Positions 32,725-46,243 of a stretch of 64,000 nucleotides of DNA are shown piece after piece. The stretch lies in assembly GCA_010015585.1 (NCBI GenBank), contig ML975158.1; one strand, given 5' to 3'. Both the position numbers and the translations under genes were made by a program. Position 1 is the stretch's first letter. Each line of letters begins with the position of its first letter. Below the pieces are notes generated by a model. It was not told where the DNA came from. It saw only the letters and a list, made by a program, of their open reading frames with translations, and did no database searches. This DNA is from Eremomyces bilateralis CBS 781.70. Its lineage: Eukaryota.

Positions 32725-35700
32725 CTATGTGGCAGCACTCCATTTATCATTGTACGCATTCACCGCCACGGCAATCTGCCTGTATAGCCAATTCCTGCTC
32801 GGCTCATCCTGAATCGGGATGAACGGGCCATTCGTCCCCCCCTTCAGCGTGATGCTCATGCCCGTCCGCTCCTTCGAGATCGTCTGGATGTCCTTGAGCG
32901 GGACGTCCCACTCGGACGTGAGCCGCTTCGACCGGACCAGCATGATCCCGTTGTACGTCAGGATCACGATCATGTCCCGCCCTTCCAGCTCCAGGTGCGC
33001 GATGTAGTCGTCGTTGAAGTACTTCCCATTGTCAACCGTCTTCAGCCAGAACTGGCCGAGCGATTCGCGCTGCGAGTAGGGTCGGACAATGCCGTCTTGG
33101 CCGATAAACCGGGTCAGGCGGACGCGATCGAGGCCTTCTTGGTCGAAGACGGTGGTCGTATTGCGGACGCCTTCGGCCATGTTGGATGCGAGATCGAAGG
33201 CACCAATGGCGGGCTTGGTAGCAAGGCCGAGGAACCCTTTCCCGACGCCTTTCACGAAGCCTGCGACTCCCTCCTTCTCTGCGCCCTGGATTGGATGACG
33301 CGCCAGGCCACCAATACCGCTTGCGAGACTGCTTGCAAATGCGTTGCCGCCGGAGGTGATACCGTAAAGTGCATGCTTCGGTCGGTTTCGCGCGCGAGAC
33401 ATCCTCCGTTGATCCTGATATTCCTTGTCAAGCGTCGCAGCTGAAAGCCCCTTCGAGACGCTTCCGGTCCACTTCGCCATGCTATCGGAGAAGCCGAAGA
33501 CCGACTTCTTCACGAAGCTGGAGGCACCTTTGGCGATGCCGATGCCCAGATCTTGAGGGCGGTCGGTCATTACGAGACCTTGATATGGCTCATAGAAGAT
33601 ATCTTGGATACCGGAGCTAACGTTATTGAACAGACCAACCGGATTTCCGAGGAAGTCGGCGGAACCAAGGACAATGTGGACTTGTCGCAAACTTTCCTGG
33701 ACATAATGCGTCCGGATATTGTTTATCAGAGTTGCCATCGATACACGCGCGTTCTCGAGCATGAGAGCATTGTACTTGATTGGAGCATCGTTGACGTTGC
33801 CAATGGACATGGTCAAGACATTGACCGCGAACATCAGAGGATTGTTCGAAGTTGCTGTGTCCTCCGCATTGATGCGTTCGGTCCGAACGAAGGACAGGTC
33901 GAACTGCATTGGCTGCAAGTGAAGGAGTTCGAAATAGATATCCTGACTAGATTGATCCTGCGTAGGTTCCGGAATATCGAGGGCCTCATCGCAGAGTTTC
34001 CCTTGTTTCTCTTCCGACCACGAAGCGCCAGGGATCTTCACAAAGTCAAGCAGAGCAAAGATGAAATCCTCGTCGATCTCTATCGTTAACTGCTGGAGCA
34101 GGACGGTGAAATATTTGATATAAATCACGCCATACGAATCGTCCTTGACCTTCGTGATCGCCGCATGCAGAATCGGATGAGCTTCCATCTCCTTTCCAGT
34201 CTTTGGAACCACGCTGGGATAGAGTATAATGGGGAAAATGCCACCATAAAGCTGGTTGTCGATCTGGATCCACTTGATCGTGGACTTGACGGTCTGGTAT
34301 AGCGGAGAGTCCGAGTACTTGATTTCGATGTCGCGGAGTGTGACATAGACTAGCTCTTTAAGCTGGCTGTTGATCAACGACACGCCAAGTCCAGCGAACC
34401 GTATCTGAGCCGTGAAGTTGACATCCGTGTCCACGTCCTTGACCTCAAACCCGGTCGAGCCCGATTGTGAGGCGGCATTGGAATGTTGACGATACAAGCT
34501 CTTGGATGGCTTGTAGTTGGAAAGCAAAAGGGACTGAGTAGGTCCCTCTGCGACGATGTTAAGATCGATGATTTTTCCTCTACCGGATGGGCTTGTAGGA
34601 GGCAGCTTCATCGGTGGCGGATTGCCAATCTCTGCCAGCTTGACATGTCGCTCCTTGCCCTCGGCTCTCAGGACGATCTCCTTACGCCGTGCTGCAGGGT
34701 AATCCCACGCATATGGCATGATGCTGCGAGGCGGAAGTCGATACCGGATTGGTTTCCAGCCAGTGGTACGTTCTTCTTCATCTTCATCTAGGTTTGGATT
34801 GGTCTGGTAAAAGATAAACTCCGTATTGCTTTCATTCCGCATCGAGAACGGCCAGTGTTTCGTTTCCGTGCTGATATGGAGGAAGAGCGTGGCATGCTCC
34901 ATGAGCACGTCGATGCGCATAAGCTTCTGCCGTTGCCCGGACTTCGCAAGTTTGACATGGACGCTGCCGACATCCGCAATATTGAATGGCGACGACCAGG
35001 TGTTGTTGACACCCGGGAAGCAGATCGAGAGTTGTTGGCCAGCTCGCTGTCGCAAGAACCGGAGGGGGAGAAGATCTCCAGGCTTCAAGGTCATGATGTC
35101 TGAAGATCCGGGTTCTCGAACATTGATTTCTTCCGAAAGCCGGTTCTTGACGATGAATCGGGGACCAAGGGTGACGACCTTCGTCAGATTGTACTAGTTC
35201 TCGTCAGTGCCTATCCCAAAAGATTGAATGTATCTACTTACCTTTCCTTCGCCTTCTGCTACTGATACACCTATATGCATCTCCGAACGACCCGTAGAGG
35301 AAGGAAGCGTGACGTCGTAGGTACTACCGATAGCATCGAAACTTTGCGGCTTGCTCCAATGGGAATCTCCCACCTTAATCAGCGCTCTGTTCTTGCGATC
35401 GTCGGTCGGGAAGGAGAACATCAGCGGCATCGCTCTCGCATCGTCACTGTCAGCATCCATAGGCTGGCCAGCAGCAGACTTGGTCGAGCCCATGAACACC
35501 TTGCTTCGCAGATCAATCGGAAGCCCTGTCCTGTTGAGGATGATGTATGGGCTGTACAATGTGACCTTAAAGGCACCTCCGCTATCAGGGATATTGAAAT
35601 AATGCAGCTTCAACTGCAACGAGAGGTTATTGTTATCCTTCACCTCCATCGTCTTCTCCCGCCGGAAGTTCTCGCGATCCGACGAGTTGATGACGGCGAA

Positions 35701-38700
35701 CTCGCTCTGCTTGAACGGGGTATCCTGCATTTCGATGCTCATCATCAACAAATGCGACAGCTCGACGACATGCACCGGACTGACCCCCCCTTTGCGCAGG
35801 AAGTTCGTCCAGTCCTTCTTGGTCTGGTGGTCGAAGATGCGGTATTTGAAATCGTACGGAAGCAGGTTCTGGATCTCCACGGGCGCCGAGAGGCGGATCC
35901 GCATGTACGGGTAGTTCCCCACGATCGGGTTCCTCTTATCGAAATTCGCGTGCATCTGGAAGTAAAACGGGGGAGCATGGTCGTCGTGCTCGCCATGGCA
36001 GGTGATGGTCCGGGTCTGCCGCTTGAGCAGATCTCCCCAGAACAACCGCTCGGAGCTCCACGTATACCCGAAACCCTGATCGGGCCGGACGATGAGCGAA
36101 TGGAGGTACGCAGCACCGACGGGCGCAGGTCGCGCGTCACCGGGTGGGATCTTCTCTATTTTGAGGATATGGCCCTCGTCAGGATTGTACACGCCCAGCT
36201 CTATAGGGATCTGTGTGTTATTCTCGACGAGGAGCGGCGAGCGGAAGGTGATGTATTTTACGTTGTCGGTTCCCAGCGAGACCTCGACGAGGAGGCGATG
36301 CTGGACTTTGTTTTTGCGGGGTCGCAGGTTGTACAGCACTTCCCCCTCCCGGTTGACGGGGACCTTCTCGACGCTGTCGAAGCCGCTGCCCTCGAGTCGC
36401 ACGCCAACGATGCCAGTGGCACCCTCGGGCGACAGTGTCTCTCGAGTCGTTAGCGGATCCTCAAACCTCCAGGGACATTCGTCCCCATCCGTGAGTTTGG
36501 CCGCCGGACCACCATCACTCGAATCCGTCACTCCCCAGACGTTGATGTCGAAGCCGGTATAATTCCTGAGTTTGTACGGCGCCTCCATTCCCCGTGGCTT
36601 GGACAGGACATCCTCATCGGTCGACAAAAAGTCCGCCGACTTCGACGCCAGCGCAATCGTCGCCGCCGTCACCGTCACCTCCATCGATTTGCGCGTGTAG
36701 AGCTCCACGCTTAGCTTGTCCGGATTCTGGTCCTTCGACATGTGGAAACCCAGCTGCCACGGCTCGATCAGCGGCTCCCACGCCGATTTGGAGAAGTTAA
36801 AGACGTTGAAATACGTGTCGATGGAGGTATCCGCGGTCATCGCGCCGGTCCAATCGCGCACCTGCACGTTGAACTTCTTGACGCTCCAATCTAGCATCGG
36901 GAGCTCATGCTTGTCTCCGATCAGGACGACTCGAATGCCCCCGATTTCCATATCCATCTCCTCGTGCTGGATCACGCCGGGCTGTCGAGCTGACTTGACG
37001 TCCGCCGAAATGGCCTGCGACTGCGCTGCAGAAAGGGACTTCGCTCTCGGGGCACCGGCAGTCGAGCGGTCTTTGCGAGAGGATTTCGGCCTCGAGGACT
37101 TCGATGAGGTGCCTTTGATCTCCTTCAGCTTCTTCGGCTCATGATCCTCGATCTTCTTCTCCGTGCCCCCGCTCATCTCCGATGCGCGAGCCAGGATCTG
37201 CATCGCGAGAAGGATGTCGCGAAGCGACAAACGAAGGATGAGTGGGTCGACGTCGACGTGGATGTTCGTCCGCGTGGTGGATTTGCCTTGCGTCTGGATG
37301 TCCAACGACGTGCGGACGCTGAAGTCGTCGAGGATCCGCAGTCGGGTGGTTTCGAATTGGTCCATTCGGCAGAGAAACATTCCCACCCGATCGACCTGGA
37401 GGGTCATGGCATTCTGCTTGGAGACCAACACTTGTTTGGTGCCAAGGACTACGGCTTCCGTGTTCGTAATGGCAGGGTTGGCTAAGAGGATGACCTGTGC
37501 ATCGACGACGTTCACCCGGAACGATACCTGCATCTCTCGTCCTTCGGATTTGCCCGTTTGAGTATCCAGTTTGGACACCGCTTGAGTTCCCTTAGTCCTC
37601 CGGCCCTCCGAGTGAAGGCTAACCGAGCTTTCCGCGTCTGTGGCTGTGGTTTCGGTCTCCTCATCAACCTCGAGTGGTTCGTCGATAGTCAAGCCCGCAT
37701 TGATGAACGCTTGGATAGAGAACAGATAGTCCAAGGCGAGGATCATCCTCGGGCTATCGATGGTCAACATCGCCACCAAACTCCTTTCCTTCCCACCCGA
37801 GATCGAAATACTCGCCATGAACTGCTGCTTGACATCATTGTTAATCAGCGACATGATCTTCCGGAACTTATTCGAGTCCCGCGTTCGGCTGTCGCGAATG
37901 CTGAACGATCGGATGAGCAGCTCGGACTCCAGCGCCCCGTCCTTCATCATCCGCAGCTTGACGTGCGTCCGGTTTAGCGAGAACTTCGAGAGACTGGCGT
38001 CCTCGAGATCCTTCACCGGTTCGTTCGGAGCCGCGTTGATCAATTCCACGCCGATTGTTGGCGCTTTAAACACCAGATCGAGCGTCGTCCAATTCCCGGA
38101 CGGCGGCTCGTCTGATGCTTGAGATTCGGATGATTCTTGACTCCTCTCCGTGAGCGCCCTGGCAGGCGCCGCGGTGCTTTCCGGAAGCTCGTTGTATACA
38201 TCCTCTTGCATCTCGTCGCCGGGATCCATAGCGAAGGCGGGAGGGATCGTTCGGAACAGTTCCAAGATGAACTTCAACTGGTCCTGGGTGACTCGAAGGT
38301 TGGTGTCGGATAGCGATCCTGCGATCTCCATGTCGGGTCTCTCCATGCCGGGTTTGTGCTCGATGTAGTTGACCTCGAAGCTTAGATCGGTTTTGTCGAG
38401 TAGCTGGAGCGCCTCAGATTGGCCGTCCCCATAGTGAAAGTTAGATGCCATCCGAATATGCCGAATCCCAGCATTGATGTGGTTCGAATGCTCTTCACTG
38501 TCACCGCCCTTGGGCGCCACGAACTCGTTCTTGGCGTAGATCTCGCCCAGATACGCGGTTAAAGTGTCGCGCTCAGTATTCTCCTTGAACACTATCCGCG
38601 GGAAGACGACAATCGGGGTCCTAACCAAGATATCGAAATGCATCTTATTCGCCGTCTCCTGCATCTGGCTCGCTTGCTGCGCGGCCGCCTGCCTGGCGGC

Positions 38701-41700
38701 GTTGAAGATCGCCTGCATCTTGCCGAACTTGACGGTGAAGTCCATGATCTTCCGGAACGGCTCGGTGACGAAGTTGACCTTGATGGAACCGGCGCGGAGA
38801 AAGATGGAGCTGTCGTAGCCTGGATAGGACTCTGATTGCGAATCGAAGGTCTCGTAGCTGAAGTCCGCCAGTTCCTTGCCCTGGATCGTGACGAGTTGCC
38901 GAAGCGAGGAGTCCTCGGGGACGCCTTGGTTGACGTCGTCGATGAGCGAGAGATCTCCGAGGCGTGCTCCGACGCGCATGGACTTGCCCATGATGAAGAC
39001 TCCGACATCTGCGGAGCTCAAACTCAGGGTTGCGAGCCGGATCCCATCGTTATTTAGGATCAAAGAGATCTTCTTGAGCTCGGTTCGTACCCGTATCTTA
39101 TCTTGACTTGGTTGCGGTCGAACAACTTGTTCCTCGGGCTTGTCCTCGAGCATTTTTGCGTCTGACACCTGCTGTGAAACACGTTGATTGTCACCACCAG
39201 TAAAGGTAGTCAGGACGAAGTCTAAGAGCGTCAACAGAGTGCGTCGTGTGACAATGACATTGATCGCTGACACTGCTGCGTCAACATTCATCGCAATGCC
39301 ATCATAGACGGACTGAAACTCTGGCGATTTGGGATTAACGCGTGTGAACTTCAGGTAGAAGAGGTCTTTCTCTGACGCCGTGTTCAGATCGTCCGACGAG
39401 ACGATGTTCTTGAACTCCGGGCTCGGATCTTCCTCGACGTGGTCTTCAACCACCAAGCTCTTCAGCTTGACCTCGGCCGCCATGTCAAATGGACGCTGGT
39501 AGAATTGCAAAGAGAATGCATTCGCAACGAGCTCGACCAATAGGTCATCCGCCTTCTTTCCTTCCGGATCAGCCCGATATAACGATCCCACGAGTTTGTC
39601 AACTGTGAAATTAAACTCAAAGTTCCGCTGCTTGTATAGGAGTTCGGCGTCTTTCTTCTCGCTCTCCGCTTTCTCTCGCTGACTGCTGGTGTCTGATTCT
39701 TCTTCATCCACGACGAGCGATTGGGCCACCTCGTCGCCCGAGAACTGGAATGACTTCGATCGTGGCCTGCCTAGCTCATCGGTGTTGGTTGGCGGTGGGC
39801 TCGGTGATCTCGCAATTTTCTTTTCTTGATTTCGCTCACTCTCATCGGTGAATTTGGGAATAGCCACATCAATGAGCTTCATCAAGCTCTTGTACTTCTT
39901 GTCCGACACGGACGCGTGTAGAACTGGCAAGTGTCCCGATATCCGGAATTTCGTTAACGTTGACGCCTTCGGGATGATGCAGATATCCAGTGTGAAATCC
40001 ATGTTGATCCGCTCCACGAGATGGAAGCTCCTGGACTCTGTGTCTTCCGCCAATTGCTTCTTCGTCTCACCGATCGTGGTTCCAAGCAGCAGCTGCGTGG
40101 AATCAAGCTTAAGGAGGAACCGGTCGTACATCAGCCCTTCCAAACGCCGGTAGTCTTCCTCTGTATAGCGCTGGTGCTGCTTATTCTGGACGTCACGCAG
40201 TGTGCCTTTGTCGACGAGTTTGCTTCGCACGCTAGCGTGACCAGCGTCGACGATCAGGCACAGACTGCTCTTCTCGGTGACGGAGTCGGGGATAATGATC
40301 AGGGGCGCTTGAAGATCGAGGTTCGCGTTGATGGTTTTGTGTTCTTCCAAAGCAAACTCCAGTCCCGCGCGTGTCTGCTTCCTGATGCCCTCAACTGTGG
40401 CACCAGCCGTCTCCATTAGTGCGCCAATGGACTCCATGTGTCGTTTCGGGGGTTTGAAGAACTTGACGATCCCCTCCAGGAATTTGGGGTTGTAGATGAT
40501 CTCAAGTGCCTTTAGCTTAACCGTCAAGGCAGTGTCCGCGCTCCCATCGAGAGGATTATTCTCGAACTCTAGATGGAAGAAGGGGTCGTCCTCCGCTGCA
40601 TCCTCGTCCTGATTTCCGTCGGACTTCTCGCCCTCTTTCAGCATCTCGTCATCGTCAAGTTCCTTGATCCGTTCCTCGTCGGGAACTGCAGGGGCGTCCT
40701 TGATCGAGATTATTTGCGGGAACAAACTACCTTTCGTGGTCCCATCGTACAGTCTCATTCCCTCGAGGTCGACTCTCGCCAGCATCGAGTCCGTCCGCCT
40801 CAACAATTCCGTCCTAAATGAGTCGAACAACAGCTTGAGGATTTCCGTCTTCTTCCCGTGCGGTTGTCGCCGTAGCGTAAAGCTACCGGTGCGAAGGCTC
40901 ATCTCGACCTGCAGCTTGACATACTCCTTCGGCACGTCTACGGCTTCCTCGATGGACTTTTTCTCGTCCCAATCGATGGCCTCATACAACTCCTTTCGTT
41001 GCTCATCCGTCATCTGGCGGTCCTCGGGGGCCTCCTCCTGTGATGGCTTATTGGCGCCCCATATCCATTGTGACCAGGTCTGCTGCGGTGGCTCCTTCTT
41101 GACCCCGACATTCTCCTTGCGGAGCTGATTCCGTGCTAATGAGCGCCAGAAGCGGAGGTCTTCGTATGTGAGTTTGCGCTCGAGCTCGTCTAGATCCGTG
41201 GCCTCGTCGGGGGTTAACTTAACGTCCTTCTTCTTTTTCTTGAAGAAGTCGATGTAGCGGATGCGGTCATCTCTCCGCTCCTTGAAATACTCCCAGGACC
41301 ATCTTCGGTTGCGTTCATGGATTTTGTCCAATACCGCCTGTCCTGCGAATTGGATCCACGCGCGAGGGTCTTCTTTTGGTTTGCTCTTCGGCTGTAGCTT
41401 TCTATACTCCTGGTGCCTGATATAATAATGGAATAGATCCACCAGCATCAATGCATCTCGATACTGGTCGTTGTCCATGATGAAACCGAGTTCATCGAAC
41501 AGGAGCTTGGCCTTCATCTTAGGACGATCCAGCTTGCCGGACTTGTCTATCTCCAGACCTGCTCGGCCGGTGACAGGTTTGAGTAGGTATTGATGCGAAT
41601 CTAAGTCGGTCTCATCCGTACGAGCAATCATCGACTTCAGCCTCTCGACGAAATCATCGTGTTCCAGACCTTCCTGGGTACCGACGCCAGAGCTCAATAG

Positions 41701-42363
41701 CTCGTTATCGGTATCCCAATATACAGCCAGCGACTTCAGCGACGCAAGCTTATGTGTCGTCCCCGAGGTGCTCTGAATGAATGTCGGTCGCCAATCCGCC
41801 TCCGTGCTGACAGCGTCGAACCCCTCCAGCGTGATCCCCAACGCAAACGGATGGCCCGGATGCGATATCGAATCCTCGTATCGAATATGGATATTCTTCA
41901 CCGATACCTGCACATTATCAACAATGGCGGTGACGAAGCTCGCCGTGAAGCTCTGATTCTTCTGCTGCTCCTCCTGGCTCATCCCCTCCGTATTCCGGTC
42001 CTTCAGCAACTCTGCGCTATCCAGCTTCTCCATCTTCACCGCGTGCTGCCGCCGCTCCTCCTCGTCCACGTCGTACTCCGTGTCGACCTTCGGCGCCGCC
42101 AGCAGGAACACGTCTTCGATTATCACGCGCACAGGCTTCCCACGGAGGTTCGACCAGGGTATCTGGAGGGTCAGTTGGCCGAGGTGGCCTTCGATGACGT
42201 TGAGCGGGAGGCGGAGCTGGTCGAGCGCCTCGCGGCGGAGCTCCATATTGCGGAGCTTGACGTCGCCGGACCAGATGCCGACATTGAGCTGTTTGGGATC
42301 GAAGTTCTGGACGTACATGCCCAGGAACCTGTTGAGCAGGTTCGCGACGACGGATTCGAGCAT
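32725..42363 (-). CDS. VPS13: Vacuolar protein sorting-associated protein 13 (bridge-like lipid transfer protein); exons 42363-35242, 35193-32725 (3196 aa)
   Basis: Chorein-N MLESVVANLLNRFLGMYV..QLNVGIWSGDVKL; VAB repeats; C-terminal LGSADFLGNPVGLF/ATG2_C and PH-like domains. Single 48-nt GTAAGT..CTGAC..TAG intron. Confidence 0.97.
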
Positions 42364-43050
42364 CGTGGCGGTGGGGAGAGAGAAGAATTATGTGGGGGGA
42401 AGAAGATGTCGTCGAAGGGCGGTATCTCGGGTGATGTTTAAGCGTCGTTCAATTTGGGCCCATGATACTCATCGTAGGCTCGTCACGTCACTCTGGACTT
42501 CCCGTATGCCGCTGCTACGATAACTTTCGTATATCCGCAACTTAATAGTACAGAGGGTGCAGCTGGCTCATTCAGGACCTGTACCGGTACGTATCCCCAA
42601 GATTGGGACGGGTAACGGAGAGACTTGCACAACCGCGCTACAACCGACCGGGTTTCGTGGACAGTTCAAGCGCAATGGCAAATTTGGAGAGGATTAAGAT
42701 GAAGGATTATCGGTAGAGATTGGAAGATTCCACATCGTTGGGTGTTCGAAACGTGTGGAGGTGGCTGTAGATTAGGTTATGATGCGGTGACGTAGCTCGG
42801 GTGCCAAGTGGGAAGTCGTGAGGGAGGATCGTGACTGCCGATTTGACATCAATCGACAGGACCCTTTTGTAATATTACGCCAAGATATGAATAGTTATAG
42901 TTAGGATTTCAGAGAAAATAATCTACGTGATTTTAAAAAATTTCCGAATCCTTACTAAAATTAGTATAAGGACGTGGGTAATTTGTAAGAATTTGAGATC
43001 GTGAAGTCCGCTTATCTAATTTTACGAAAGCCCAAGAAAGTAAAAGAAGC

Positions 43051-43581
43051 TGTTGAGATTGGAATGTCTGAAGTGGTGAAGAGGCCCAATCTTCCAAGAT
43101 CGAGATATGGTCACAGGCCGCAATGTGTGGCTAAAGCCAGGGGTGGCGAGGACTATCAGGAGGTAGACATGTGTTGATAGATGTGTTAACGAAGTAGAGG
43201 AGTGGTCTAAGAGGTTTATCTCTCGCACGACAGAGATGTTTCCTCTTCTTCTTCCCTTCTTTAGTTTAGCTTGAATGGAATCAGTACTTGCAGACCTTGC
43301 GGACTAAACTATATCAGCTCAATCTATAGCACAGTATGTGACAGTCTTGGGCTTTGCCCAGTCTGTGTGTTGTGGCCTTGCGGCCTAAGGCAGAAGGGAT
43401 GGGTAGACCGTATGCCCACAGATGTAAATAGCAGATCGCAGTGAGAGAGATCTTCTCCTTCTCTCTTTAGCAATTCAACAGCGTTACCAGCTTACCAAAT
43501 CCTTCGTGGTTTGGGCCCACGACACAGTAAGGGAGAACTCCATACTATTCAAGGGAAATAGGATGAAGAACAATGGTAACA
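43051..43581 (+). mobile_element. Degenerate solo-LTR-like element hosting a nested solo LTR
   Basis: TGTT...AACA ends. It shares the GAGAT-pyrimidine tract-TTAGTTTAG motif with neighbouring LTRs. The flanks are only an imperfect TSD (AAGC/AGCT). Confidence 0.45.
43337..43524 (+). mobile_element. 188-bp solo LTR of an LTR retrotransposon
   Basis: TGT...ACA termini with a perfect 5-bp TSD CAGTA at 43332-43336 and 43525-43529. Internal TAAATA and CT-rich tract. Confidence 0.85.
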
Positions 43582-43685
43582 AGCTATTGTTCTAGTTATC
43601 TGTATGACTGTCCAATATTGGTAACTTAGAATAGTTGCGTAAGGCAAGAGAAGACGAGACGAGACGAAACAGACAAATCTCAATA

Positions 43686-44425
43686 TGTTATATGGTCCCT
43701 GGCCTGTGGCCTGGACCCTTGAGTATGCATGTGGCTGACACCACAGGGATGTGGCTAGTGGATGGCATAGAGGATTATCAAGGAGATGGTTTATGTGGGA
43801 GCAGTGTGTTAGGACGGAGCAGTGTTAAGGAGCAGTGTTAAGGAGTTGTGTTAAGGAGCTGTGTTAAGGAGCTGTGTTAAGATAGCAGAGAGAAGAGTTG
43901 ATATCTCGCGTAATTATAGAGGCGCTGGGAGATTTCTTCCTTCTCTCTCTTCAGTTTAGATCAACGAAACTTGGTAAGAACAGGACCCCCGGTTTGTAAC
44001 CACCCCGATTTGTAACCACTTCACACGCAGCAACACCAACAACAGAGGACTGTAGATTCTGTATAATAACTCCACCAATATTGAAATTTATATAACTAAC
44101 TACTTGTTCTAACTAATTATGTGGCTGAACCAGTGTGGCTAGTAGATTCTGCTACGTATGCGTTTGTGTTAGACATGCAGGTCTTTCTATCCCTCAATGT
44201 GGATTACTCTTTCCTTTCCTTTCCTTTTCTGTAGCTTAGTTTCACACAAATACAACTCTATCGAGACCACTCTGGCGTTCAGTGTTTCACTATGTTGTGA
44301 TATGGTATCGGGAGATACATCACAAGGTATAGATCTTTTAGAGAGGAGTATTAACTAAGGCTTGAGGTATAAGCCTAGAAGTTTATAATAATGAAGATAG
44401 TTATTAATTTTAACATATAATTAGA
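43686..44425 (+). mobile_element. Further LTR-like/TE remnants, partly TpA-rich (RIP-like decay)
   Basis: TGTTA start at 43686. Two more copies of the CT-tract/TAG motif (43929-43960, 44207-44240). TpA-rich tracts at 44060-44120 and 44340-44425. No clean TSDs. Confidence 0.5.
43816..43880. repeat. 13-bp tandem repeat (GGAGCWGTGTTAA)x5 inside an LTR-like remnant
   Basis: Five head-to-tail units with no spacers, plus a degenerate unit at 43798-43814. Confidence 0.9.
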
Positions 44426-44459
44426 GTCTGAGTTGAGCTGGCCGCCCTTCAGAAGTTCA

Positions 44460-45434
44460 ATGTTCCCGCATGGAGTACAGAATCCTCATGAGTACTACCA
44501 TACCTTGTGAGTCCGCTTTCCGACCACTTCTCTGAGGAAGAATCTAATGGCTGTTGCCCAGTGGCGATCCCGCAGGATTTACTGATAGCGACGCAACCTG
44601 GGAACAATTCTTATCGGCTTGTATAGCGAATTTGGACAATTGCCCCTTTTCAAAGTATGCTAGTGATACCGCCGATTTAGAAAAGATATTGGATGATCTC
44701 TTCGACGACATCAAGTACAATCCAATACCTATTGGGACAGAGTTCATCGTGGACTACACCATGGTCAAATCCTTTACCTGGGGAAAACTTTACTACCCAA
44801 AGCAGTATACCCTCCTCGTCGCTGCACTCGAGGCCGTCCTCACCCGCAATGTGACGACGCTCGCGCTGGCGCTTTCCGCCCAACATGGTTCGGCGGAACC
44901 GGCGGTTGCCAACGCATCCCCCGAGGCCCAACAAGGGATCAAATGCGGCGACAAGTTCCTGCGGTCCGACGACGTCGGGCCCCTGGAGGCCTCGCTCCGA
45001 GACGAGATCTATAAGGCCAGTGCCCGGTTTGGGGACGCCGCAACCCTGGACATGACAGGGTGCGCCCGCTGGGACTTCGAAGCCAAGGAGCGCTACGACG
45101 GCGACTTCCAGGTCAAGACCAGTTATCCTGCGCTCATCATTGGCAATACCTGGGACCCAGTGACGCCTATCAAGTCTGCCTTTAACATCAGCAGCGGATT
45201 CGAGGGAAGCGTCGTGCTGCGACACAATGGGCACGGTGTAAGTGATGTACCCCGCTTTCCGGTTGCTCCAGTGTGCCTTGATCGAACGAGACGGCTAACC
45301 TGTTATAGCACATGTCGATTGCGCAGATCTCATCATGTACGTCGAAGTACATTGCGGATTACTTTATCAACGGCACACTGCCTGCGCTGGATACTTCCTG
45401 CGAGCCTGATACCCCGCTGTTTGCAATGCCATGA
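44460..45434 (+). pseudogene. 5'-truncated TAP-like (peptidase S33 tripeptidyl aminopeptidase-like) alpha/beta hydrolase; residual exons 44460-44506, 44562-45237, 45309-45434 (282 aa open)
   Basis: Motifs MFP-HGVQNPHEYY, IKCGD, LIIGNTWDPVTPIKSA, HNGHGH..SSC..YFINGTLP...CEPD. No signal peptide or GxSYG nucleophile region upstream, where TE remnants lie instead. Confidence 0.8.
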
Positions 45435-46243
45435 AGGAGGCGTTGTTCTGCTGTTGAAGACACGGTCGCTCTGTTTGCAATTCGATATCACGAATTATAG
45501 ACGGGTAGCTAGACGAGCTTGATAATAGTAATTCGAGAAGTTCATTTCGACAGTAATTACAGCCTTACCCTGACGTTTGGCAGAACGATTTAGTGTTGTC
45601 GTACGATAGTAAGTGCTCGTGAACGTTAGATACTAGATTGGAGGAGGGAAGTATTCATAATATATGATTAACTGTTACAAAGACGACAATAGGAGAAGAA
45701 GAAAGATGTGGATTACTATGGAGGCTAATTACGGAGTGGAGCGCAGAAATAGATGGGGTGGTCACCTGACCCTAAATGCCTGAGGCATAAAGGCAGAATA
45801 CCTCTCTAGACGTGCCCGACGTCTCCGTCATAACCAGAACAAATATCCCCCACGTGAGCCGACCGAAGTTGGCCCGAACAGGCGCAGGAATCAATCACCA
45901 GAACAATTATTCCCCAAAATCCTGTATCTTGGCCTGATCTTACAAAAGGGTCTAATCGATAGGGCTGCTTAGAAGACGTTCACCCCTCTCCAGAAATTTA
46001 TTCCAATGATTGCGACTCTTGGATATCACGAATTACTCCTGCCGTCCTGTGCTGTGCATCTATAAACAACGACACTCGTTCTATACGTTATTGCGGAAGC
46101 AGAAAACCCAGGTGGATCTCTGTACCATCGCAACTTGAGCGTCTGGAGATAGCGAGGAGCGCAGTCGCCATCACATAACCACATCGTCAGTCCCCTAATA
46201 TATCCAACCATATCTCATGCTAATCTATATTCTAGATCCGAAA

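Noticed and set aside
43798..43880. Regular repeat array as a possible CRISPR
   Set aside because: 13-bp head-to-tail units with no spacers, no cas genes, and a eukaryotic LTR context.
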